Shown: positions 40,808-50,549 of the stretch, one piece after another
Layout: each line of letters opens with the position of its first letter
How positions within the stretch are numbered: position 1 is the stretch's first letter
Origin: Candidatus Atabeyarchaeum deiterrae
GTDB taxonomy: Archaea > Asgardarchaeota > Atabeyarchaeia > Atabeyarchaeales > Atabeyarchaeaceae
Direction: 5' to 3'
Length of the DNA: 64,000 bases
Assembly: GCA_037310415.1 (NCBI GenBank)
Contig: CP147780.1
Location: 2,656,001 to 2,720,000, forward strand
Program-made: the position numbers and the translations under genes
Notes under the pieces: model-generated
What the model saw: the letters and a program-made list of their open reading frames with translations, nothing else
Databases searched by the model: none
Told to the model about the DNA's origin: nothing

Positions 40808-40896
40808 CTCCAGGATAATTATCTTCGTGCAGATTGGCTCACAGGATCACCTTAGAAGAATTCACAGTTGAATCCGATTGAGAGCTGGATGCGCTA

Positions 40897-41406
40897 TCAG
40901 CCTAGAGGTTTGACCGTGAACTTGCACATCTCATCACCCTTTGCAACGCACTCTACTTCCTTGACGATATATCTCCCGCCGAAGGATTTCTCATAGATCG
41001 TTGAGATCATGCCGACGGCGATATAGTCGACCTTCAATCCCTTCGTGGGGTATTCGTCTGCTATCGCACTATTCTTCAGAATGACTTGACCGCCTTCTCG
41101 ATTGGGCTCAGTCACGAAGAGTCCCCAGCCCTTTGTTGAAAGGCTTCTGAAACAAGATTTGGCAAGCTCTTCTTTAGTAGCGTTGTGTGTTCCGAGTTCC
41201 TTCAGAGCTACAAGGCGTCCTACTCTTGTTAGGACTGCTCCTACAGTGGTCTCACTCATGTTTTCAGCCGAGTACTTCAGCATTTGAACTATGCTTATGA
41301 TGTCCTTGACGGCAACTCTTTGCCCTTGTGACATCATTTTCCCATCGCTTGGCATCCGTAGGTCGCTCAGAAACCTCTTGAACTCTGCCTTCGTTGATTC
41401 TTCCAT
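40897..41406 (-). CDS. V4R-domain protein
   Basis: KGWG...EVECVAKGDEMCKF. Confidence 0.85.
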   Translation of the reverse strand: MEESTKAEFKRFLSDLRMPSDGKMMSQGQRVAVKDIISIVQMLKYSAENMSETTVGAVLTRVGRLVALKELGTHNATKEELAKSCFRSLSTKGWGLFVTEPNREGGQVILKNSAIADEYPTKGLKVDYIAVGMISTIYEKSFGGRYIVKEVECVAKGDEMCKFTVKPLG

Positions 41407-41408
41407 TT

Positions 41409-41996
41409 CTATTCCTCCTTCTTTGGCTTGAACTCGAATTCACAATATGGTTTTCCCTGAGCTACGCAGGATATCTCCTCAACGTCAAATGGTTTTCCCC
41501 AGGTTTCTTCAGCTGCGCCCTGTATCATTCCAGCAGCATTTACGTGGATTGGACTGGCCTTCTTAGTTGCTGAGGCATTGTCACCATAGTCCTCCCATTT
41601 CACAGTGCCACTCAAGTTTTTCTTGTCAAAACTCATCTCTTTGAGCGCACCCCAACCGACAGCTGAGAATAGCCAGAAATAGAAGGTGAATGCTAGTTCG
41701 TCTTCGAGTTTGAACATCTTCTTCCCGATTTGAACCATGTGCTTCCCGCTTGTCACATGTGCTTCCTTTATGATTCTGTTGACGGTGTGTGGTCCAAGAA
41801 TATCACTGAAACTTTCTAGGAAGTAGGATATGAATGCTGAATCAACGAATGCTATGCGCAGACCGCTCAGTCGATCGATCACCTTTCCCGGAACAGGATT
41901 CTCGATTATCGTCTTCAGCATCTCAAAGGACTCGTGGACGTTTTTCATTCCGATTTTCTTTGCCAACCTTTCATACAAGTTGTCTGAAGTTGCCAA
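41409..41996 (-). CDS. V4R-domain protein
   Basis: VGWG...EEISCVAQGKPYCEFEF. Confidence 0.85.
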   Translation of the reverse strand: MATSDNLYERLAKKIGMKNVHESFEMLKTIIENPVPGKVIDRLSGLRIAFVDSAFISYFLESFSDILGPHTVNRIIKEAHVTSGKHMVQIGKKMFKLEDELAFTFYFWLFSAVGWGALKEMSFDKKNLSGTVKWEDYGDNASATKKASPIHVNAAGMIQGAAEETWGKPFDVEEISCVAQGKPYCEFEFKPKKEE

Positions 41997-42272
41997 CTGA
42001 TTTCACACCAAATCTTTTTGTTGATCACTTTCGGGATATTAGGGACTTCTATCTTCTCAGCCCGTGGATCAGGCACGACACCCAACGGACTTCCTTTAGA
42101 GCAAGAGGCATTCGTATCGTTACTTGTATTCAAGTGGCTAATAAACCCGTTGATTCTCTTTGGTTCTCAAAAGCGCGAGAAAGTACTTGACAACGCTTAA
42201 ATCTGAATCAATCGAATGATTCTATCGCAACAATGATTCTCAATGCCCAAGTAGACTTCAAGGTGTTCCTGA

Positions 42273-43442
42273 TTGAAGATTGCGGTAGTGAGCGACAGTT
42301 ATGCGCCTTATGTTGATGGTGTTGCAAGATACCTCGATAGAGTCGTTCAGATGTTTGTTTCCAGAGGACACAAGGTACTGATACTTGGACCAGGATTTTC
42401 TCTCCGCAAGAAATTCGAATATGATCGGCATGGAGTTGGAATTGTTAGAAACCCCACCCTCTGGATGCTAAGGCTCAATGATTATTATCCTTCTCTTCCA
42501 ACGAGGGTTTGCTCTTCGATAATGAAGTGGGCTGATGTCGTGTTCTCGCCAAGCCTCGCACCCCTGGGCATATACTCTATAATCTACTCTAAGAGAAGAA
42601 ATAGACCAATGGCTTTCTTCTGCGTGCACGATGAACGGGTGTTGATAGGGAAGACAATTTTGTTGCCTCTTCCGAAATCGGTTGTGAGTTTCATCATCCG
42701 CCTCCTCTACAATAGATGTCCCGTAATATTCTATGCTACACAGAGGTTCAGAGAGAAGATCCTTAAGGTAGGCATACCCGAGGATCGCTTAATATACAAC
42801 CCGTATGGAATAGAGTTCGACTTCTTCTCCTCGGGAGATAGAAAAGCTGGCAGAAAGAAACTCGGCATTCCTCAAGATGCAAAAGTCGTTCTCTATTTGG
42901 GTAGAATGTCGGAAGAGAAGAATATTGAGACACTGGTAAATACTATACCAGAAGTTTCAAAGCGTATCTCAAAACTCTATTATGTTTTTGCCGGCCATGG
43001 ACCGAAGTTTGATGACTACCGAAAACAAGCACTGAAAGTCGGCAAAGCATCACGAGTAAAAGTGGTCTTCACAGGTCGAGTTAAGTTCGAGGACCTGCCA
43101 AACACTTATGCAGTCGGAGACGTCTTTGTCCACCCCTCTCTTCACGAGGCCCAGTCATTCACTGTCCTGGAGGCCATGTGCACAGGCTCGCCTGTCATAA
43201 CGGCCAAGGAAGAGGGTAAGTACAGTTTTCTGAGGGAAGGGTACAATGCTGAATTCGTAGAGAACGTTCTCGACTATCGGCAGATCTCAGGCAAAATCAT
43301 CCAACTTCTCGAAGACGGCAACAAACGGATTCAGATGGGTAGGAATGCCGTTACGATGGCTAAGAGATACACTTGGGATGCCCACATCGACAGATTGGAA
43401 GAAGGGTTCAGACGAGCCATCAATGCAAGAAAGAAGAACTAG
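42273..43442 (+). CDS. GT4 family glycosyltransferase
   Basis: MKIAVVSDSYAPYVDGV, YLGRMSEEKN, VFVHPS.HEAQ...LEAM. Confidence 0.92.
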   Translation: MKIAVVSDSYAPYVDGVARYLDRVVQMFVSRGHKVLILGPGFSLRKKFEYDRHGVGIVRNPTLWMLRLNDYYPSLPTRVCSSIMKWADVVFSPSLAPLGIYSIIYSKRRNRPMAFFCVHDERVLIGKTILLPLPKSVVSFIIRLLYNRCPVIFYATQRFREKILKVGIPEDRLIYNPYGIEFDFFSSGDRKAGRKKLGIPQDAKVVLYLGRMSEEKNIETLVNTIPEVSKRISKLYYVFAGHGPKFDDYRKQALKVGKASRVKVVFTGRVKFEDLPNTYAVGDVFVHPSLHEAQSFTVLEAMCTGSPVITAKEEGKYSFLREGYNAEFVENVLDYRQISGKIIQLLEDGNKRIQMGRNAVTMAKRYTWDAHIDRLEEGFRRAINARKKN

Positions 43443-43527
43443 CCAAAGGCACTTCAATATTTGACCACTAGGAAGAGACTCAATGTCGATCGCTTTACCT
43501 GTTTTCTCTCTTCAAGCGATCCGAGAA

Positions 43528-43761
43528 TCAGTTTCTCTTTCCAGAGTCTTTTCCCGTTCGTTCTTTTTCTTGAGTCTTCGTCTTGTTACTCTTACATTTC
43601 TCTCTTCTCAGACAAAAGTTGCAGTCGTATGTTAGCTCACATATTTGGCAGTTGAGGGTCTCGAAGCAAGGCTCGGGGAGGAAACCCTCACTATAAAATA
43701 GGTTCTTGTCACTCTTCTTCAGCTTGATGCAGATGAAGTTCTCACACATCTTTGCTCCCAA
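43528..43761 (-). CDS. Small Cys-rich protein
   Basis: Eight Cys including CQIC and CNFC; basic tail. Confidence 0.45.
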   Translation of the reverse strand: MGAKMCENFICIKLKKSDKNLFYSEGFLPEPCFETLNCQICELTYDCNFCLRREKCKSNKTKTQEKERTGKDSGKRN

Positions 43762-43906
43762 TGGTTTACTGCTGTGTCTTTTTTCATTAGGTTTTCCGTC
43801 CCTTGCTACGTACCACCAGATTTATCAGAAACAGAATAGTATTGTGTTTGTTCAACGGTCACTTTCATCTTGCGGTTGGATTCCTGAACGCCTCTGAGGT
43901 CTGAAG

Positions 43907-44620
43907 ATGCGGGAGAAAGTCGTGCGGCACAAGGACTTGCTTGAGGTAGTCTACTCTGCCGAAGACTGGGCGTTACTCAAACAGATGCGGCAAGAAGCCA
44001 AGAACCTGATGACGATCCTTCAGGAAGACGGCGTAATATCCATCGTTCATGGAAGTGTCGCCCGCGGTGATGTTACTCGCACTAGTGACATTGATATATT
44101 TATCCCACTTCAAGTTTCCTCGTTCAAAGTAGAGTTGGCTTTGAAAAAAGGTGAAATCAGCATCATTTCTAGAAGAATAGAGTTGGCCACGCCTCAACAT
44201 GCAATAAAAGGACACATCGAGATCGGCGTAAACCGCACGGTAACATTTCCATTATCTAACCTAAAGCGACGCGAATGGGAGTTCTACAGATTTGGTGGTG
44301 TAATTGACCTTGATGAGATCATTAATGATAAGAGAGTAGTGGGTGTTGATAAGCGTCTGGTTCTAATCGAGCCTACTCCCAAAGGTCATAACGAGAGCTC
44401 CATAACTGGTAAGGAAACGACCGTTAGCGGGCTTCTGGGAGTGAGTTTGGACTTGGTCGAGGAGCGAGCCAGAGTTCTGAGAAGAAGGGACTCGATCGGT
44501 AGAACAGGTGTGTACCTCAGGCGTGAATTGTCTCCTGAAGAAACCTTCGAGGAGGCACTCAAAGAGATCAGTGAAAGAAATCCAATTGTCAGAAGAAGAC
44601 TTGCCTCTGATAGAAAATAG
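43907..44620 (+). CDS. Archaeal predicted nucleotidyltransferase (Pol-beta superfamily)
   Basis: HGSVARGDV..SDIDI, EFYRFGG, GVDKRL, RRDSIGRTGV. Confidence 0.88.
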   Translation: MREKVVRHKDLLEVVYSAEDWALLKQMRQEAKNLMTILQEDGVISIVHGSVARGDVTRTSDIDIFIPLQVSSFKVELALKKGEISIISRRIELATPQHAIKGHIEIGVNRTVTFPLSNLKRREWEFYRFGGVIDLDEIINDKRVVGVDKRLVLIEPTPKGHNESSITGKETTVSGLLGVSLDLVEERARVLRRRDSIGRTGVYLRRELSPEETFEEALKEISERNPIVRRRLASDRK

Positions 44621-44755
44621 AAGCGATCTTATGGCAACGTTTAAGTATAAAGTACCCCAGAAGAATGTACTCAGCTTCTTGGAGTGAAGACGTTCCAGGG
44701 TTTGAGTTGACAAGATCTGAGTTTTCTGGCAATCTGAAATGGGGTTGAGAATTCG

Positions 44756-47152
44756 ATGGGAGACATTTCTTTACTCTTTATTCTAGGTCCTCCTCTGATA
44801 ATCACAATGATCCTGCTCCCATTCGTCCGGTCCGACATCAACAGACGATTCTGCCAGACCTTGTTTCTCATCATCTGGGCAAAAGCGTTCATCGACATAC
44901 TCCAGTTTCTCAGCGGCTCTGTCAACTACATCCTTGGCCCAGCTCAAGGAGTAAACGATGCAGTGCTCGGCGCACAGTTCGGGTTGGGAGTATTCTATTC
45001 TGGAGCTTGGCTGCTTGAAGAGTTGCTTCTATGGGGATTTGTCGCGTTCTTCGCCGTCCTCATAGGATCATTTTACCTATTCATTACAGTTTCGAGGAAA
45101 AAGGGTGGATCCATTGCAGATAAGATGAGTCGAGTAAGCTTCTCAAAAACCCTCGAGAATCCACTAGTATCTGCATTCGACTTCAATAGCTTTGAGACCT
45201 ACCTCATAATTGGCCTGGTGACTCTTCCGTCCATGATATCAATTTATGTCGGAGTTATTATGGCCGGTTACTCTGTTTTTGCAGTCAACGTCGTGTATCT
45301 CGCGCTACTACTCTACAGGTTCTCCCTGATGGCATATACAAGGATTGCAGGAAAAGCTGATCTGCACCTCGACAAAGAAGACATTGGACGCAAGTACCAA
45401 AGAAGAAATCTGGGCTGGTTCACAATTCTGAACTTGATCATCTCGGTAGTGACACTGAGTTACACGCTGGTCTTTACGAATGTTGATTTGGGGACCCTTG
45501 CCAATGCTACCCTGGGTGAGCTGCAGGAATTGCTGGTTGCGATCTTAGTACTTCCGTTCGCAGAGGGCTTCGCCGTACTCTTCTTCCAGAGATTTTGGCG
45601 ATTCTGGTCTCGACTAGGAACCCGCATACGCGGAATAAAAATAAGACCTGCGCTATATTCCCTCTTCAGAGGTCTGTTGGTCAGTGGTGCTTGCTTCATT
45701 TTCCTATACTCGCTTCTGTCATTCGTCATAGCAACAACAGTATTTTTCTCATCTCAGCAAACTGTTCCACCGACGTTTAATATTGAGGCAGGATCGCTGT
45801 GGATATACAAGGAGTTCTTGAGGTTGTCCCCCACGGGCATTCCTCAAGCAACGCCGAGTATTCTGTGGATGCTTCCAATGTTCTGGGGTCTGGCAGGTCT
45901 CTTCTTGTTCCAGTTCATCAAAGTCCTGATAGGCGGTTCCCTAACGCATAGGAAGGGCGTCGCCCCAGAGTACAGCATCCTCGTCGCGAGTATCACGATC
46001 GCCGTACTGATCTGGGTGCTCATACCCGCTTTGAACGCCTTCTTAGGATATTTCTTGGTATATCTGACGGCTCCGAGCGGCGCAGCAACTTGGACCCGTT
46101 TGATTCTCCCGACACCGCTGGTAAGCTCTCTAGCAATAATCTATCAGTTCATACCAGCGCCCACCGATCTTCTATACATACTATTTCTGGATCTGCCTAT
46201 CTGGGTGTTCGGGTCACTGTTCCTCACCTACTTGTTCAAGTTCAGAAGAGAGTTGATTCCAGCGAAGAAGGAACCTGGCGTTTTCAGGATACCTGATTTC
46301 TTTAAGCTTTTCATATCGTTTTGTATTGTTATAGTCGCTTCGGTCGCCACGATCGCCTTGATAGGGCCAACGACGCCTGCCGGAGACTTCGTAAATTGGC
46401 TTCTAAGTAAACTCTGGTATCCTAATGCAAGCGAATCACTATTGTTTGCAGTTATTGGGCAGTGGTACGTATTCTTCCACAACATGCTTCGATTCATTCT
46501 CACGGTGTTCGCCCCACTATTGTTCTGGGTAAGCATTGTTGGAATCTGGAAAGCGTGGCGAAGGCATGAAAAGGTAAAGAGTTTGAAATGGTATATCTTG
46601 GCGATTGCTCTCTTTGCATTGGAAGCAGTCTTCTTCGCAGATAGATTCACTTACATAGCAATCATAGTTATACCGCTCGTACTATCGGCGTTATACAGGC
46701 TGTTTTACCGTATCGTGAAGAGAGTCCCACCAAAGACAATGTTCAGAACAACCTTCCTTAAGATTGCATTCTACTCGTTAATTCTGAGTGAAATCTACTC
46801 GACCGCGATATCCATAGCAGATAGGTATATGTTCGGCTTTTCTTCCGCGGGCAGCGTGGGGTTGTTTTTCTTCCTATTGGAATTGATACCTCATGGCATA
46901 GTCGAGATTCCTGCAGCGATACTCGCGGGCATGATTGGGTTATACATTGCAAGGAGAATGACGAAGGCCCTAGACGAGGACGAACGAGGTCTGAACAAGT
47001 TCATGGCTGGAGGAGAAAACCTTTTCTGGTCTCGAAAAGTTTGGTATCCGATCATTTTCGTAACAATCTTCTTCGTGATCGCAGCGGCACTGGAGATCTA
47101 CGTTGCTTGGGACATAATGGCGCCTCTTGCCAGTCTATATGGATTTGCCTAG
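44756..47152 (+). CDS. Large polytopic membrane protein with C-terminal SpoIIM/DUF95 domain
   Basis: Many TM helices; IPHGIVEIPA and AAALEIYV motifs. Confidence 0.8.
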   Translation: MGDISLLFILGPPLIITMILLPFVRSDINRRFCQTLFLIIWAKAFIDILQFLSGSVNYILGPAQGVNDAVLGAQFGLGVFYSGAWLLEELLLWGFVAFFAVLIGSFYLFITVSRKKGGSIADKMSRVSFSKTLENPLVSAFDFNSFETYLIIGLVTLPSMISIYVGVIMAGYSVFAVNVVYLALLLYRFSLMAYTRIAGKADLHLDKEDIGRKYQRRNLGWFTILNLIISVVTLSYTLVFTNVDLGTLANATLGELQELLVAILVLPFAEGFAVLFFQRFWRFWSRLGTRIRGIKIRPALYSLFRGLLVSGACFIFLYSLLSFVIATTVFFSSQQTVPPTFNIEAGSLWIYKEFLRLSPTGIPQATPSILWMLPMFWGLAGLFLFQFIKVLIGGSLTHRKGVAPEYSILVASITIAVLIWVLIPALNAFLGYFLVYLTAPSGAATWTRLILPTPLVSSLAIIYQFIPAPTDLLYILFLDLPIWVFGSLFLTYLFKFRRELIPAKKEPGVFRIPDFFKLFISFCIVIVASVATIALIGPTTPAGDFVNWLLSKLWYPNASESLLFAVIGQWYVFFHNMLRFILTVFAPLLFWVSIVGIWKAWRRHEKVKSLKWYILAIALFALEAVFFADRFTYIAIIVIPLVLSALYRLFYRIVKRVPPKTMFRTTFLKIAFYSLILSEIYSTAISIADRYMFGFSSAGSVGLFFFLLELIPHGIVEIPAAILAGMIGLYIARRMTKALDEDERGLNKFMAGGENLFWSRKVWYPIIFVTIFFVIAAALEIYVAWDIMAPLASLYGFA

Positions 47153-47412
47153 CCCGCTCGAACTCGATGTTGAGAAAAACGGATTGACCCCATAGACCCC
47201 TTCCGTTTTCCTTTGTTGCGAATTCGATTGTCTACTTCATTTACCAGAAATGTGGACAGAAACTCCAATGTTTGGAACTTCCCAACAAGAGTTGTTCGCC
47301 CGTTCTACTTCTTCAAAATCCTTATTTAACTGCCTGCCCCTTAATACTATGTATCCAGATAGTTGTCTTGAAGCAAGCAGAAGAGCATACCACAAGCAGG
47401 AGTCTGATACCG

Positions 47413-47730
47413 TTGTCGTGTTGGGAAGAATTCTTTGCAGGCGAACTTAGCAGATTAAAAGACTTCTATTTGATTCAGATCAGCAAAGAGGACTGCAAAG
47501 AAGTCGAAGAATGGCTGAGAGACACACTCGAGTCAGCTACTGTGCAGAGCTGTGTAGACAAGCTGAGAGTCATGCCCACCACTGAGCTCAGACAACTTAG
47601 ATATGACCTCGTGCAGCTGATCAAGAGAATTCACAGAAACAAGACTAGCGAAAGACTCAGCAAGGTTCAGGCTGTTGGCGCAGCAGATGAACTTGATGAA
47701 AGAAGAACACGTGATCGCAAGGTCGAATAG
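47413..47730 (+). CDS. Hypothetical helical protein
   Basis: TTG after AGGAG, 105 aa. Confidence 0.4.
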   Translation: MSCWEEFFAGELSRLKDFYLIQISKEDCKEVEEWLRDTLESATVQSCVDKLRVMPTTELRQLRYDLVQLIKRIHRNKTSERLSKVQAVGAADELDERRTRDRKVE

Positions 47731-47931
47731 ACATATTCGATTGATTCGGTATCCGTCTCTGGGAACAGGAGAGTTGAGGCTCTTTTCTATGGTATTCTTT
47801 TGGGTTTTCACGCAGGTTGACCGAACCTTAAGAAATCCGGTCGTTTCTCTGATTTTGCCCGTACGACTTTCCTGATGGCTCATAGGAGAGCATCGAACTG
47901 CTCCTGAGTGATCGCCCTCGAGTTTGGTGAA

Positions 47932-49083
47932 CTATTTTGTCCAGAGTTTTGGTATGAGATCCAGTATTCTTGTTCTCAGAATTGGGATAGCTCTCTCAAC
48001 CCTAGCTTTTGCTAGGGTGTCACAGAATGGCACTTCAGTGGCATTCGAGTCGACGAAGAGTGGTTGGAATTTGAAGAGTTTGAGTTTCTTCGATCCATTG
48101 GCATCGGCGCCTGGTAGAAGACTGAAACTGAGAGCTGCGTACTGTTTTCCAAACCACGAAAGTTCAGTTTCCATTCTGCATGTCCATATTAGCGCCACTT
48201 CCTTCCCGTAGACTGTGGGAGGACCAATGATAGGCGGGGTCTTCAATGGTAACTCCAGATCTTCACCAGGATTGACTTTCCCATTTTCTTTGAGTATGAA
48301 TCCTGCCGATCCGACTCTGTCCGCCATTAATGGGCTAGCGTTCCAGCAGTCTATTAATCCCCTGAAACCATTCACCTTCCCGCCCTTTGGCGTCGGATTC
48401 CAGACCTTCAGCTGCAGGTCAAGTCCTTGACGTTGCTTCGTGTACTTTGAGGGGGCTTTGAGTTCACCAACTTCAGTGAACTTGGCTGTGACTGACTCAC
48501 CAGTCGATATCTCTGAAGGGGCATATTTGATTATTAGTGGTTTCACAGCTCTATCATACGAGGAGTCCTTCTGGAGAGACAGGCTATGGACGAAACCTGA
48601 TCCTATCGTTGATGCATCAGACAATGTGGTCTTTTCTTCCTCGTTGATCCCGATTTCTTCTCGGATCCTCTCAGGAATGTTTTCCATGAGCCATGACATC
48701 TCGCCAGATTCTCTCACTGGCTTTGCCAACACCGCGAAGATGTTCCAGCCCCATGCAATGTCAACTCTTCCTTGCTTTCCCTTGGAGGCGAACGTCGGCG
48801 GATAGGCAAACTGAAACTCTGGATCCTTGGGTGTCTGGAAGATCACATCAAAGAAGCTTTTGTTAGCTATTGGTTTATTCTCAACCAATGTGACTCCCCA
48901 ATCATAAACGAGAGTCTGCCGGATTTGTTTCTTGCCACTAGATATGATTGTGCTGTTCTCGGCACATACAAGGCCGACTCTTAGATGCCCAGGCTTTTTG
49001 TAGTCGGAATCAATGAGGATTCTGCATCTGATGGGCTCACCCATCAAGTAGTTATCTTTCTCTGTGAATATCTTTATTCCCAT
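47932..49083 (-). CDS. Arrestin/Vps26/SpoOM-fold protein, probably two beta-sandwich domains
   Basis: Y..GEPI start; the PPT...I/L.W pattern occurs twice (YPPTFASK..VDIAWGW; GPPTVYGKEVALIW). Confidence 0.6.
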   Translation of the reverse strand: MGIKIFTEKDNYLMGEPIRCRILIDSDYKKPGHLRVGLVCAENSTIISSGKKQIRQTLVYDWGVTLVENKPIANKSFFDVIFQTPKDPEFQFAYPPTFASKGKQGRVDIAWGWNIFAVLAKPVRESGEMSWLMENIPERIREEIGINEEEKTTLSDASTIGSGFVHSLSLQKDSSYDRAVKPLIIKYAPSEISTGESVTAKFTEVGELKAPSKYTKQRQGLDLQLKVWNPTPKGGKVNGFRGLIDCWNASPLMADRVGSAGFILKENGKVNPGEDLELPLKTPPIIGPPTVYGKEVALIWTCRMETELSWFGKQYAALSFSLLPGADANGSKKLKLFKFQPLFVDSNATEVPFCDTLAKARVERAIPILRTRILDLIPKLWTK

Positions 49084-49207
49084 GTACTGTCGACTCCTGC
49101 GAATATCGCAGTCATGAAACGTGAAAATGCGAAAGCTGGAACTATGGAAGAAAGAAGCGTCCGTGTGGTATTAATAGGTTTTGCCTTTGAGGGCAATTAT
49201 CGGAGGG

Positions 49208-49612
49208 TCATTTGAGAAGTTCAACCATCTCTGCAGGTATGGCGACAGGCTGGAAGTTCTCATTTATTGCCACAACCTTCACGTTACCGCTAGCTGACAG
49301 TTTCCCGGAAGTCTTATTGTAAACAGAAAATTCGTATCTGATGCTTGTTCTCCCTACCGCACCAATTTTCAGTTCTATCTCAAGTAGATCATCAAATCTC
49401 GCAGGTGAGAAATACTGGCAGTAGGCTTCGACTCTCGGTAAGCCGAAGATCTTCTCCTTCACTTTGAAGTCTGAGAAATCTATTTTGAGTACTTCTCGAA
49501 AGAGTTTCTGTTCGGCCACCTCGAAATAACCGAAGAAATTCGTGAAGTGGACTATTCCTGCAGTGTCTGTCTCCTTCCACCTCACTCTGACTTCCTCTTT
49601 GATTGATTTCAA
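49208..49612 (-). CDS. 4HBT/YbgC-family acyl-CoA thioesterase
   Basis: VRWKETDTAGIVHF.NF..YFE, PARFDD. Confidence 0.9.
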   Translation of the reverse strand: MKSIKEEVRVRWKETDTAGIVHFTNFFGYFEVAEQKLFREVLKIDFSDFKVKEKIFGLPRVEAYCQYFSPARFDDLLEIELKIGAVGRTSIRYEFSVYNKTSGKLSASGNVKVVAINENFQPVAIPAEMVELLK

Positions 49613-49873
49613 GAGATATCACCAATCTAGCTGAGGTATTGTACTCAAGTAGTCACCTTATTACATTTCAGTTTCGACTACATAGAGTGACCCGTTCAGA
49701 TTTCAGAGACGGTTGCGACTTTCCCAAAATAGACACGCAGATTTAAGAAGCTTTATGAGTTAAGAAGAGTAAGTACTAGCGGCGGTCTCAGAGAATCGTA
49801 GCAATGACTAACTCTCCGTGGATGCCTGTTGGGGAAACTAGTATCTATTTCATTTTGAGATCAAACGTGAAAT

Positions 49874-50491
49874 GTGGAGGACAAGGCAGAGTTGCAGGTG
49901 TTTAAGGTCATCGCTGTGGGTGACGGTTCAGTGGGCAAGACCAGCATTACAATTCGGTTCTGTGAAGGCAAGTTCTCGCAGGAATACTTGATGACAATAG
50001 GCGCGAATTTTGGAGTGAAAGCGCTTTCCGTCCCCTTCGGAGAGGAAGTCAGGGAAATCAAACTGCAGATTTGGGACACGGGAGGACAGGAGAGGTTCAG
50101 CCCCATTCGCGAGCTCTACTACAAGGGAGGGCTTGCAGCAATAGTGGTCTTTGACGTCACGAATAGAGAAGGCTATGACCATTTACCTATGTGGTTCAAT
50201 GAGGTGCGAAAGAACGTTCCCAACATACCGCTAACTCTCGTTGGTAATAAGATAGACATCCCAAATAGAGTCATCACATATGAGGAGGGGCTGCGGATGG
50301 CAAAGAGGTGCGCAGCTCCTTACAGAGAGACATCAGCAATGACTGGCGAGAGAGTTGATGAAGTGTTCAGTGAATTAGCATACAGGATCCTGCTGTCGTT
50401 GTACGGCCCTCCGAAGGTGGGTGGACAAACTGTTATTGGCATACCTAAGGATCTTCAGAGATATAATTCGCAGGCTCAAGGGAAACGATAA
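49874..50491 (+). CDS. Rab-like small GTPase
   Basis: GDGSVGKT, TIGANF, KLQIWDTGGQERF, NKID, ETSA. Confidence 0.93.
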   Translation: MEDKAELQVFKVIAVGDGSVGKTSITIRFCEGKFSQEYLMTIGANFGVKALSVPFGEEVREIKLQIWDTGGQERFSPIRELYYKGGLAAIVVFDVTNREGYDHLPMWFNEVRKNVPNIPLTLVGNKIDIPNRVITYEEGLRMAKRCAAPYRETSAMTGERVDEVFSELAYRILLSLYGPPKVGGQTVIGIPKDLQRYNSQAQGKR

Positions 50492-50549
50492 GGCAGCGCT
50501 GGCCTGTCCTGATGTTCGCTTAGTCTTTTTTGTGCATCCGATAGGAAAC

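Noticed and set aside
49773-49844. Structured 5' leader before the Rab-like gene (GTACTAG/CTAGTAT)
   Set aside because: Stems are short with competing pairings; cannot be distinguished from chance by eye
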